In this document: piece after piece, positions 27,661-47,250 of the stretch
Layout of the letters: every line of letters begins with the position of its first letter
Position numbering within the stretch: position 1 is the stretch's first letter
Source: Trichoplax adhaerens
Taxonomy: Eukaryota; Animalia; Placozoa
Length of the DNA: 64,000 nucleotides
Reading direction: 5' to 3'
Assembly: GCF_000150275.1 (NCBI RefSeq)
Contig: NW_002060946.1
Location: 7,778,441-7,842,440 of the forward strand
Notes under the pieces: model-generated
The model's input: the letters and a program-made list of their open reading frames with translations, nothing else
What the model was told of the DNA's origin: nothing
Databases searched by the model: none
Program-made: the position numbers and the translations under genes

Positions 27661-28620
27661 TTACGAAGAAGGAAAAACTATCTGCATAAACTTCTTTTTT
27701 ACTTCTGTTCTAATACTTTTGTCGAATAAGATGTATATTACAGGATTGAAAATACTAACTAGTACATTTATCGGTAAAGTGAAAAAGCAGATTAGGTATA
27801 GGCTATAATTTTCTCGACTTAGAATATAAAAGGTTTTCCCATGTAAAGCTAAAACATCCAAGCAGATCAAGAACGGCCAAGCAAAGAACATAAAAATCCC
27901 AGTAACTATAATTAACATTTTAATAACTTCATTTCGCCGCTGCTCTTCTATTTCTTTTCTTGTCTCTATGCTTATACGAGGTTTAACTTTGGATAAAATT
28001 TGCCTAACGATTCGTGTATAATTAACGGTAATAATAATTATAGGTATAATATAGGTAATAAATGTCATGCTTAAATAGTAGATCGGTGTGAAATGCGGAA
28101 AATTACTAGGGTAAGTGATATCACAAGAAGCCATTATAGGCCTTGCATTACTAACAATGAAAAGACTAGGTATAGAAACAAGTGAACCAAATATCCAAAT
28201 TGCAACCGTTATTTTCGTCACATATTGGTATTGTTGCTTCTTGGTAAGAATACTAGCCGTCTGAATCAATATTTTACGACGATAAACGCTAATGGCGGTT
28301 AAGCTAAGAACAGAAGTATTATAAGTGCTATAAAATGTATAGAATAATATTTTACAAAAGATTTCCGCTTCTTGAAAATTAAAATTTTGTAAGATAAGCG
28401 GAGTTAGGCTTACTATTACTAGTTGCAATGTACTTAGACAATCGTTGATGATGACACTCCCTATTAAAATATAGGTAGGCTCTTTCAATCGTTTCGATAC
28501 CACTACAACAAAGAGTAACAGCAAGTTCAACATTAATCCAAATAACCCGACCGGTATAGAAAAGGTTGCCGGATAACTGAAAAAAGGATTACTTCTATTT
28601 ATACTATTGCTATCATTCAT
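27661..28620 (-). CDS. Intronless class A orphan GPCR, 319 aa, paralogue of 21757
   Basis: Same motif set: SKRLKEPTY, DCLSTLQ, FCK, TYNTSVLSLTAISVYRR, CDITY, TYIIP, FAWP, NPVIY, FDKSIRTEVKKK. Confidence 0.92.
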   Translation of the reverse strand: MNDSNSINRSNPFFSYPATFSIPVGLFGLMLNLLLLFVVVVSKRLKEPTYILIGSVIINDCLSTLQLVIVSLTPLILQNFNFQEAEIFCKILFYTFYSTYNTSVLSLTAISVYRRKILIQTASILTKKQQYQYVTKITVAIWIFGSLVSIPSLFIVSNARPIMASCDITYPSNFPHFTPIYYLSMTFITYIIPIIIITVNYTRIVRQILSKVKPRISIETRKEIEEQRRNEVIKMLIIVTGIFMFFAWPFLICLDVLALHGKTFYILSRENYSLYLICFFTLPINVLVSIFNPVIYILFDKSIRTEVKKKFMQIVFPSS

Positions 28621-29995
28621 TTTATCGTGAACACCAAGTTCAGGATAATCTTACATTCAAATATTGTCAAATTTAAAATAACTGATACGTATTTCGGCCG
28701 TAGTGAGGATATCGGATAGGTGCGTATCAAAGAACTAAACTATCTACTGTCATCAAAGATAAATAATGCACAATTATTTTAACTTTGAAAAAGTTCTTGA
28801 GAAGTGAAGCAATGTTACTCGGCAGTTGCCATATCAAGCTGAAAGGACCTTCCAAGCTTATTTTGTAGACGTCAGTTAAGTATATTTTGATCTAATGAAA
28901 AGCATTTTAATGCCCAAAATTTAGAACTAATTTACAACCACTGGCCAATATTTAAGAATTGTGGGAGATGATCGTGGCATTTTAAATTACATAATCAACC
29001 ATACATTCTAAGAGGACGCCGATAATGTTTACTATTGTAAAATAATAATTGCGAGAGTAAGTGCTTCAGTTCTAGATTCTAGATTCTTGTATCTTGCGAT
29101 GTTAAAGACCTTCAAAATATTTTCAGAGTTGAATCCATCGTTACTTTCAGTATACCGTAGCAGCATATAAATATTCGACGCTACTTGCAATTCTTAAATT
29201 CATCGTCAGTAATCACCAATATCAAAAATTTAGAACGTGAAGTAGCGATGTCTTTCACAGATAAAATCCTAGTCAACCTGATTTTTAATCGAAAGTATAA
29301 TATTTCGACAGCTGATTTAAAAATAAGTATCAGTTTAAATGAGATAGAATGGTACTAACTTAATTTTGGAGTTGTTTGTCTGATGTAAAGCAATATAATG
29401 AGAAGCTCATTCTTGTAACTATATCCCTATATTTAATTAAAATCCGATCATCGGTTGCTATGCATAATTGTTTTGTTTCTGGAGACTCATTATGACATTA
29501 ATTAAGCGTAAAATGAATTTGTTTTGCATGATAAGTAATATAAGACGAAATTTTGATAATAATTAAACCTGGGCAGCCAAAGAAAACATAGGATTAAATG
29601 AATGCAGGAAAAATAAACATCGGAAGTTCTTTCAGGTCTTTTCTTTTATTCGACAAAATTATTTATAAACCCTAAACTTTAAAAGCTGTGGTTTGCACTG
29701 TCAATAATCATTATTATTTAGCAAAAATTTATTCAATTATGTTTTTCAAATCATTTAGTTTTTATTTCGTTTCTATGTTATTGAAGTAATTATCATAGCG
29801 TATTGAGAGCAAGTGGGTAAGCTAGACAATAGCAGCCTTATTTGATTTTTTGGGCGCTGCGTAACTAAGATTGTAGTAGTGCCATATTCGTCAGAAATGA
29901 GGTATTTCAAAACTGGTTGTTAAGAGCTTTAAAACAGCGGAATATCACATTGGGGATTTTATGGTAATAGTAAAATTGTTATCGGAATTGCAAGT

Positions 29996-30557
29996 TGTAA
30001 TGTAACTTAGTATTGCGATTGTAGACTGTTATCCATGTTTAGTATAATGTACGGTAGCGCAACTTCTATATTTATCTTAAGAGATATTTGGTAGTCATAA
30101 CTATAGACTGTAGTGGTATAGACTCTATGCTAGAGTACAGATGACTATATACAGTAAGGTGTTGAGTTACTAATAAGGCTATAGGTAATAATAGAACTGT
30201 AAATCATATATTAGGATATGGTTAATTCATTGTAGTTTGGCTGGTGTGAATAATGTCTACGTAATTACTGTTGTTGTATCCATATTGGATTAATGATGGT
30301 CCGCAGTAGAATGGTGTTACTAAGAATAATTTAACTATGTGTAAAATAAGTTAAAAGGTTGCCATACGGATTGTAGCTGCGAATGCTACGGAAAGGATAA
30401 AAGCATCCAACTTTAGATTAATGTGTTAGTTCGTTGTAGAAGTCTTTAGTAGTAGTATTCGGCTAGAGTAGAGCTGTGCGTAGTTAATCTTTGTATAAGA
30501 TTCAATAAAGCCCTTATTTTTCTAACATTTGGAATTTCGTGATCGGTATATATCACA
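29996..30557 (+). mobile_element. Solo LTR family A copy 2, 562 bp
   Basis: TGTAATGTAAC...TATATCACA; exact TSD CAAGT (29991-95 and 30558-62); AATAAA at 30504. Confidence 0.9.
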
Positions 30558-31836
30558 CAAGTGCTTTGATATGGAATCGTATTATTTCATCTTGCGATTT
30601 GTACTTTGCCACTATATGGAGTTACTGCACTAAAAATCGTTGCAGGTTGCATCCAGTACTAGTAGCCACATGATACCATTTGTATTCTAAATCTTCTTAA
30701 AAGTTATTGCAAACTAGACTATGATCGATTATCGAATAGTTTCCAATAAAGACTTTTGAGGAATTACAAGAGTTTTTACTATTAAAAAGAGATTTAAATA
30801 GATTTACTTAAATAAATTTTTCCCGTATAGCTAAGATCATAAATTAAATTCGTCAACTAGATCTGAGTAGATTGGAAGCTCCGACTAGATCCGTTTCGCA
30901 GCGTGTATTACTAAGCTAGTTATTATTTGCTACAATTTTGGTAATTAAATAAATTATCGCATTATTAGGTTCTGGTACTGCATTCCACAGCTATACTTTA
31001 CAATAGCTTATAGAAAATGCTTTAGGCCTTTAATAGCCTTGGCGTTTTAAAATAAATAAATTTGCTAGAAGTAGCTTTTGATACATAATAGTCTATGACT
31101 ATAATAGAGAATAGCAGATGCAATCTTCTTCTATCAATAAGCTCAGCCAGCCAGTATCGTTAAATGCTTAATAATAGCTAGTACTATAACATTCTCATTT
31201 ACTTTAAAAGCCGGTAATCCCATGATAATTAAAAATATCCTAACTATCAGATAAATAATTTTAGGAACATGTACTATATGTAATGTTTTACAATAACTGA
31301 AGTAGAACGGACTATTTGATTATCATGCTATGATCACTGCGATACTCCACTATATTTGCCAGTGTGTCAAGAAAATCAACTCGTGGACACAGTAAATAGA
31401 TACGAAGGAAGTTTCTATTTGGCAGAGATGTATAATGTCGCTGGACCAGCCGCTTTATTTTACAGATCTAAACTAACTTTAGCATTTTAGGACCAGTAAT
31501 AGCTTCCCTCTCCCAAGAATGGATACCGAAATATTTCACATAGTTCGAATAAAGTACTGTAGTGCTCACTCGTGTATTATAGTATACATGCCATATTCAA
31601 TTTTATTTTAGCCGTTTAATGGAGTAGGTTAAGTGTAAGAGACTGTATCATGAATAGAATCTCTAAAAGATGGATCTTGTATTGGCAATTTCTAATGCCA
31701 CAAAACTATACCTCTGCTAGGGGTCACTTTACATTCAACAAAACAGTTTATGCTTACTATGTACCCTTCTTTACGAGCATATTTAGAGGAGAGATAAGCA
31801 GGCAAAATAAGGTAATAGTTGTATCTCTTGCTTAAA

Positions 31837-32491
31837 TCATACTAAAGAAGTAGTAGAAATATTATACAGTAGCCGCTTAATAATGCGCCCATAATTAATG
31901 ATCATGACAAGTAAAGGCAAGACGTACGTAACGATCGTTGCTGTAAGGAAATAGGCCGGAGTGAGATATTCCAAGTTAGGGAAATAAACTATGTCATAAC
32001 TTCCGATGGTATAGCTGTTACTATAACTAACATTAGGACTGGAATAGGAAAAATACAACCAAGCATCCAAATCGTTGTTATTGATTGAATAACAAATCGT
32101 AAACGGATTGCATCTGTTCGCACCATTGATATTTGGGAAGCAACTTTAAAACGATGGATACTAATCACGGTTAAACTATATACAGATATATTATAAGAAC
32201 AGTACAGTGTGTATACCAATATCTTGCAGAATACAATATATTACCAAATTGTAAGGTTTGCTTGGACATATAAAACGGCGCTGAACCTAGTGCTGATAAT
32301 TGTAACGAACTTAGACAATCATTTATCACAATACTTCTTATCATTATATATGTAGGATCTTTCAATCGCTTGGAAAAAACGATGACATAGAGTATAGCAA
32401 CATTAAAAATGAAGCCAATTAAGCCTACTGATATTAAGACGATAGCTGGTGGATCGACTTAAAAAAATATTGTTGTATTATTTAGGCTCAT
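31837..32491 (-). pseudogene. Truncated GPCR pseudogene of the 21757/27661 family (TM1-TM5 only)
   Basis: ATG at 32491 (MSLNNTTIFF) with in-frame TAA at codon 11, then VGLIGFIFN, SKRLKDPTY, DCLSSLQ; frameshifts near 32240 and 32020; ISIHRF; ECL2 Cys lost (YDIVY); TYVLP. No TM6/TM7 found downstream. Confidence 0.85.
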
Positions 32492-33578
32492 AACTTTTGT
32501 TCTGGGTTGGCCTAGCGAATAGAAACTTGACAACGTCAGTTTATTTCTGAAGTCTTAATTTCATTTTGCAGTCCTTTTATTTTTGAGATAGTGAGTATAA
32601 ATTTTGAAGCCATTGATAATTTAATAATACTTCAAGTAAATATAGTTTTAATTCATATAGTTGCCGAATTAATCCTCAAATTACTTAGCACCTTAATTAC
32701 GGACAAGATTTTCCGTCCAATTCTAACCTATTAGAAAGTTTTGGTATTTGCCTTTAGCAGAAAGATCTTATTTGTAGGTAATAAGCTACACCATAGATCA
32801 AATTTTAATATCTAGATTTCAATAATTTAGCGACAAGAACGAAAACTGAATAAAAATTTTTTCTATTTCACGTCAATTTGAATTTGAATGTAGGACGTAA
32901 TTGAATTATCGACTTTTATTGATATTGAATGAGTAATATCGAATTTAGATATGCCTAATTTAACTACTGATATATTCTAATACTATTTTCATAAAGTCGT
33001 TTATAGTTTTAAAAGATGTATACTGATATAGCAATATCACATCTTTACTAGGTCACTTACTGTAAATAGAACATTCAATTTTTATTGCTATTGTAGCAGA
33101 AAAGTAAAAAAATACGCGTATTTCTAGAATAGAAGAGTTATTCAGTTTCTGTTGAGCTTCATTGTTAGGTGAGATTGACAATAATAAAGCTGTTTTTCTA
33201 TTCATTTTTTAATGTCCTAAAATCTGATTGTTGATTGACTTTGCACTGTTACGTAATTGAATTATTCGGTTGATTAGTTCAAATGTAATTCGTCACCAAA
33301 AGTAGAAAATTCTAAATTACCGCCGTACTTTTCTTTATGAGACATACTGTAACCCACACGATAACTATGATGTTTATCAATGCCGCATCCCTGTTATTGT
33401 AATAAAACTCGATAGCTTTAATATTACTAGTACTTGTAGACCTGTTACAAATTTCAATTTGTATCCAAAAAAATTTTAAACTATTACAGAAATTACACTA
33501 TAAGTCTAATATCAGGTTTGTTCTCCCTGACACTAATCTACAGTACGACCCTAAATACTCTCCTATCGCCAAGAGGAC

Positions 33579-33860
33579 TGTCACGGTACGAACTACCGTG
33601 AAGAAATAGCTATCTAAATTTGGTGAATATAATATAGTGATAATATATTACAATAGGAATTACTCTAATTATAAATGTGTTGCAGTAAATTTAATGCTGT
33701 GCTGTAATGTGCACTGAAATGATTCTGTGAATGGACATGTTGTAGTCCGAATGTGAAAAATTAGTTAGTAGATGTTCTCACCTAAGTATTTTTATAAGAT
33801 GACTCATGAATGTTAGAGATTTATTTTACGTTATCCTTGTCACGAAGCTGGTTTGTGACA
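33579..33860 (+). mobile_element. Solo-LTR-like family B copy 3 (inverted relative to the others), 282 bp
   Basis: TGTCACGGTACGAAC...GAAGCTGGTTTGTGACA; exact TSD AGGAC (33574-78 and 33861-65). Confidence 0.85.
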
Positions 33861-36800
33861 AGGACCAATAACATAACACTAGTCTATCTTAGACGTAAAG
33901 GAACCTAAAGTTTATTGTAAATTTATTCAGTTTATAGGAAATAGACATGAACGTTAATTATCAGTTTATAGATAATATTATAAAACTATGTAGTTGTCTA
34001 TGAAAAGTATGTCCAGCCTCATAGATAGCGATATATTATCTGACGAAAATAAGATAAATATTTCGTAGGATAAGTCACCTCGTGGCAAGGCCATACCATG
34101 CTTTTACGAAATTTTTTTACTAGGTATTCTTAAAAGTCTACGAGATAATCATGACTAGAGGGATAATCCTGATGGTGACTTTTAAAAAAGTATGATACCA
34201 ATGGCACTTTTAATTCTACACGCTTACTCAAGTTCTGCTAAACTTTATTTTATGTGTAGTGGAACAATCCAATATTGAGCATATAATCATACTCAGAATG
34301 TGACGCAATTCAATATATGCCTATAAATTTTCTCCTATGATTATCTTGATGAAAAAGAATTATTTTACGCGTCGGAAGCGATGAAAATAATTTGTGTATA
34401 AATCATTCATTACACGTAAATTTTTTGCTAAAAAAATATAAGGAGGTACATCTTAAAATATTTTGTATGTCGCCATTTTCGACTTGTCATCGCTGATTTC
34501 TGTTACAATTTGGATATCAATCGCATAACAACAAGAAATAGTGCTCCTGAGAATAAAGGTCAGGCCGATAGTTTGGAGGCCAGGATGAGTAATAATAACT
34601 AATTATTATATTTATTCATGTTACAGTTGTTTTCAATAACGCATATCAGTGTATTGTTATGCTATAAAAATGCATAAATTACCGATAGCTTTTAATTACT
34701 TTTTTAAACTGCCGGCATATTGGGAATGTACGTTAAGCAAGATACACCTAAAACTATTTTACATTTCGTATTTTTCCTATCCAGCAATTAATGACAGTAA
34801 CACGTGCAATGCGGTTCCTAATCCTGTATGGACTCTGCATTACTACAGATAATTAATTACGGATGGATAGTAACAGCTGCGATTATACGAATGAAGATAT
34901 AAGCACTTTAACGTTATAATGTCGGATTTACAAATACTAGCATTAAATAGAAGTACAGTACAAATACAAGTGCAGTATAGACATGATGGGAATGATTCGA
35001 TGCGAGACATTAGCTTATGCACCTGAATAGAGTATAAAATAGTTAGACGGACCGAAAATGTACGTTACAAAGCTTTATATAATCACAAATATGCTCTCAT
35101 TACTTTAATAAAATTATCTCCAATGTAAGCTAATCAATTATCTCTAGTATAGTAGCAACTGACATATACTGGCAGCATACATCACCATAGGAAACCTCCT
35201 CTGCCTCAAACGAACGGGCATTAAATGACAGCTGTCGACGTTTTATAGTATATGGAGCACGAAACATCTGAAATGGAAATTCAATGATATGGTCAAAGCC
35301 CGAATAACTTGCTAACGACAGAGTGTAGGAAATAATCAGTGCGGTATAACTAGCAGTTGTTCGCAAAAGCAATCTATCCACAACAGCAATCACCTAGATA
35401 GCTACATTACGATAGTTGGAAAAATGATCGAAAAATAGAACCCGTGTGAAGATTTGGAGGCTATTTCAGATGCCGCACAAGTGTACAGCACAATGACTAA
35501 ACTTGCGAGGTTTTCTATTTTGAAGGGAACCGTAAGATGGTTAGCCGTGGGTTGCGGCTTGAGAGTATGTAAACGCGTATGTTACTAGTGTTCTACGCAT
35601 TCAAGGGTAGGATGGAGACTTTTTAACTGTGTCGTACAGCTAGAACAGAAGTGTACATGTTACAAAACAGCATTGCAACAAAATAACCTAATGTATGATC
35701 AATAAGTTGATTCTCTGAAGTAGGTATCAGGGAGCAATAACTATTTATCGGAACACTTTTCCTATACTATACTGGTAGACTACACAAAGACTATTTAGAC
35801 GCCTGGTATTTTACGTTAAATACTAATCTTAAGAAGTAACTTTTTTCTACGGTATACCGCATTTATATACTCTTTTACAATAGTTTCGACATCCTAGATA
35901 GTAATATGAACGTTGAAACTTTCCAATGAATCAAAAGCTAATTTTACCTGCAGCTACCTAATGAAAACAACAGCATTAACGAACATAGACATCTAATGAC
36001 TAATATATAATAGTCAGATTACATCACTTGTACGTTCTATTACGGAATATTCCCACGATAATCTACGATCTATCATAAGTACGTTACAATCGTAGTGATT
36101 GGAATTGTAAGTAGATCATTCTTGATTCCCTAATTCAACTATTAATTTCAGTACCTATATATATATATTACTGCCATAAAAGTTAGGGCTATATTTAAAC
36201 ACCACATATCTAAAATAGAAACTCACTAAATAACTCTTTCCATTCTAATTCCGATACTACAGCGTATAACACTGTCACAGTACTGTACACTAGTGTACAG
36301 TACCGCAATATCATGTCAGCTTACATACTGTACTGTAGACTAGCTTTCATTTGTTCATACGTAGAGGTTAGGAAAACTTTTTCTTTAACCTTAACTCTAT
36401 GGTTTCGTTAATAATTTCTATGACTAAGACTATATGATAGAACGAGCAAAAAGTAATATGAAATACAGCAAGATCCAGCCGATACTGGTGAGTATTCCAC
36501 TGTGCTGTAGTTATTCAAGATTACACTAAGCTGAAAGTCAAGTATTAAATTAGAAACTCATTCAAGAAATATTTCTACTTCAATTTCGATACTACAGTGT
36601 ATAACACTGGAACAGTATTGGAGTATTTACACTTTCCATGGCTACAAAGTATGAATGTGAAGACTATGATTTCTATACCATAAATTGACAGAACTCAGTA
36701 TGTACAGTACACTTCGATTAAATTCGGTCTCTTTGCTAAAGTTAGTAAAACACTATCCTGCATCACAGCAATAGAGTATTGTTTTACTAATAATCACTGA

Positions 36801-38371
36801 AGAAATCGAGCCGAGGAGCTACAAATAGTGTTCCCCATTCCATTCGGCTATTTCGAAAGAGGCGACAAAGTCTTCCAACATGCCTAAGTCGTCCAGTACG
36901 CACTAGACTGCTTGTAAGTAAAGCACTGTCATGTCAATTCTGACCATAAAGTACTCGGATTTTCCAATGTTTCCTTCCTTTTACCTCGTAGTACAGTAGG
37001 GGATAAAACTAAAGAGGAAGACTTTAGTAGCTTTAGTGTACGTCTACACCTTTCTGATCAGGCGCTAAGGGGAAAAGGGGGACCAAATTTTAAGATTTTG
37101 TCCCATGCCTGAGATCTTCTTCCAGTTGTCCTTGCCATATGGTGCACGGACAGACAACATCCGTAGCATAGTACTACTGTACAGTGTACAGTACACTGTG
37201 CAGTATGTTAAGTAAGGGAGGTTAGAAAAGGACGCTCTTGGCAGCATAGAAGATGTCAACAATGTTATGGAGATGGGGCGCTTACTTGCAAGAAAGATGA
37301 AACAAAGTTTGCTACCTTATCGTTGATAATTGTTGACTATTTGTGGTTTATTCAAGCTTTCAGTACATCCGAGTTACAAACAACACTGATAGGTTGTGTT
37401 CCCAATTGCAAAGGCAATCGTTATAGCGAGAAATCATTCGTTGTTGGCCATTACCTTATCCCTGCAATTCGCTTTCAAGCCGGTAAGTGTTGACGACTGG
37501 ACGATAGAAAATACTGTAATGGAGACTTATTATGAAAGGAAGAATAGGAAACGGTAGTAGTTGTTAAACCGATAATCTTATCATTCCAGTTAAAACATAG
37601 TCGATCCAATGGAAAGAGACGATCAGGTATGCACAAGTTGTAACACTACAGCATGGAAAGTCCATTTATTATGGAAAGTTGCATGTATAGGACGTTGCAT
37701 CTGCTGTACAGCATATTTGCTTTGATGATGTTTACTATATTCCCCCCTTCCGGGTGGTACACATTCAGGGCAATTGCTCGTCGAGAGCTGCGCTATCCCA
37801 CCCATTAAATATCATCTAGACGTAGATGGAAACATGCTTATTTATTTCTTTCTAGCCGCGATATGCCACATAATGAGTGTGCGAGTTGAGAACATTGAAC
37901 ATTAAATCGACTCTCGATGGAGTTTCATTCGACAAATCGGGAATCGGCCATTCCCTTGAGGTGACTGGTCGATTGACCATGGGGAATTAAATGCAATCAC
38001 GGAAAATTGTGAAGCATAATTATCAATGAAATCAAGCTACTTTATAAGAGAGATTCATCCATTTAATTGGCGCAGATTTTACTTTACCCAACCCATCGTG
38101 ATTTTCTGCGAGCACTTTACGAAACTCTTCGGTCGATCGTAAAATAAAATTAATGGCACGATGCAGTAATATTGTACTTTATACAGTGTACTGTATTGTA
38201 GGTAGTTCCTGGATAGGCATCTTCTGATATATCGTCTATGCTATCCTCTGTATTGCTTGACTTTTAGCCATTATATCTTAAATCTCGCCGTATTACTCCA
38301 TAGAGTCAATTAGAATTGTATTCCAAATTGATTATAGTCTAATTGATTATTTTACAGTAAATTACCAGAAA

Positions 38372-41817
<3,446 letters not shown>

Positions 41818-43281
41818 ATCTCTATTAAATTCAAGGTGCCTCAGCATACTCATTTGTACATAGATGAATTTGATAATCTTCTCCGCACATTTATAGTTAT
41901 TACATGGTCAGGTAATCTGCTGTCGTTGACCTGTACTTCGTAGTAGAACTTTCAATTATTACCAATTATACTATCCAAACTAAAGTGTATTTAACTTATA
42001 TAAGTGTTGCTGCCGGTATTTAATGATCCCATCATTTACTTCAAATAATTGCCATTATGTCTTCATATAATGTCCAATTACAATTGTATGCATACCATAC
42101 CAAAATGTAGCTCTAACAGTCTAACCATCTCTAGGCGATTTATATATTGTCTAGTGAAATGCCAGCTGCAGTTTCTATCGTATTGTATAAATATTACATT
42201 TCACGTCGCAGTTTGGCGTAGTCTTAGACTATATTCTGTGATATCAAGTTAATGAATACTATATTGGTACGGATCGATTCTTAATCACAATTAAAATCGG
42301 CTTGAGTAATTCTAAATTGCAATTATTATACTTTAAATCAATAAAGGGTTACGTTGCTAATCTTGTATACATACAAGTACGTAACAATCATTGATAATTT
42401 ATAATATTTCCATGTCTTTTATTCTTGGGATGCAAAAGAACTTGGCACAATTAACTTTCGCTTGGATGCTGCAAGGATCATGTAGAAATTGCTAAGAAAG
42501 TGTTTATGATCGTAATTTGTCTGGAAGTATGCGCATCACCCATGAAATCATCAAATTGATTACACTCTCAGATATTATAGTTTTTTTCCGTGTAGCTACT
42601 ATTCTTAATGGCCTTTAAATAAGTAAGCCAAGGAACATTTGTTACAGTATTCGTAGCATGACAGCAGTGCCGCAAAGTTAAATATCATTGCCACGACCCA
42701 TTAGTAATTGCAACAATAACACAATATTTAATCCTTTCTACTATCCCAAATGGCTACTATTTAATATTAATTCCTTCATGATCATGAAAATTGGACAGAC
42801 ATAACCTTAAGGATATACTTTGATTTCAGTATCATTAAGCAGTTATGTTAACATCTAAATGAAATAAATCTACATATATATATATATCAGTCGTACAATT
42901 ACATTATATTTCCTCAAAATTACATGGCATCTTAAACTGGAAAGAATATAATAGCATTCACAGCACCACTTATTCATTAATCAATTTAATACAAATTCAA
43001 CTATCTCAGAATAGAAAATCCAGTTATTAAATACTTTTACGACATATTTTTAAGTTGTTAAATATACGAATTATAAACCAAAGTTTTTTTTACAAGAAGT
43101 GTTATACACTGTCACCTACTACCGTACATTAATTGCAATGATTACTCGGTACGAATTATCAAAGAGGAAATATCAGGGTCCAAGTCAAGACATAAACAGA
43201 AATGGTTTAAAGAGTTAACAATGGATCAACTATATGATAAGAAATACGGTATGCACATAGCGAAATATAGGGTATTAAAAA

Positions 43282-46264
<2,983 letters not shown>

Positions 46265-46795
46265 GGCTCCAATATGAGGTATTTAGCATGGACTGTACGT
46301 CGAAAATGTGTTCAAAATTGCAATGAGCAAGAGTAAAATTTGAATGTTTTGCAAGAAAACAATTTGCTAATTCTGTATTACCGAATGACTACAGTACTTC
46401 TGGCAATGTTGGAATCTGTAGACTCTGGACTACAGTACACAGTACTGTACCACGATTACTGTGGTATGGACTGCTGGACAGACATATTCTCCATCCTTTC
46501 GTCAAGATATTCGAGGTGTCAAACCCTTGGTTATGATAGTACTTACGTATCCAAAAAGTCAATTTTAAATTGACTGATTTTCCCCTAAAACAGGTACTGA
46601 GTTCTTCTTGGGAACAGTTGTATACGATCATAAATGGTATTTAAATTAGTGCAAATTAGTCGTAAATGGTATTTCAGTGAGTACCAGCACTTTAGAAAAG
46701 AGACACGAAAGATCGACATACTGTATCCTAAGTAGCATCGTCTTTTTCGATATTTATTTGATCAGAAAAGTCTGTCTGTCTTCCCGGTCATGAAT

Positions 46796-47250
46796 TACTG
46801 TTCCTTGGACTGAAAGAGTGCCTGACTGTACTGTACTCAGTGTACTGTACAGTGTACTGTACAGTACAGTACAGTGAATCACTGAATCTACAGTACTGTA
46901 CTGTACTGTACTGTACAGTACAGTGTACAGTACAGTATTCTACAGTACTGTCGTCTATAATTACAGTACAAACTAGAAGAGAAGAGAAACAACGCTTTGA
47001 ATGGTAAAGTACAGTACGCTTTGTATGGTACTGTACAGTATACTGTATCCTGTACTGTTAGGAACTGCTAGCAATACATGGACTGACCCTGGACTGACTT
47101 TCCTTGGACTGAAAGAGTGCGTGACTGTACTGTACACACTGTACTGTACAGTGTACAGTGTACAGTACAAACTGGAAGAGAAAATATACTTTATACTGTA
47201 TACAGTATCCTGTATCCTGTGCTGTTAGGAACTGCTAGAAGTACAGTACT
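46796..47250. repeat. TACAG/CTGTA low-complexity array with internal direct repeats, upstream of KAT7
   Basis: Runs of actgt/acagt. Block ttccttggactgaaagagtgc-tgactgtactgtac at 46801 and 47100; block ctgtatcctgt-ctgttaggaactgctag at ~47043 and ~47210. Confidence 0.85.

Noticed and set aside
16034-30557. Family A LTRs as the cause of the GPCR tandem duplications
   Set aside because: The LTR copies are far more similar to each other than the GPCR paralogues are, have different TSDs and lie at different distances from the genes, so they are independent later insertions.
11387-32491. Pseudogene lesions as mere homopolymer sequencing errors
   Set aside because: Some lie near homopolymers, but each copy has several independent frameshifts, in-frame stops, lost conserved residues or truncation, while neighbouring genes are clean.
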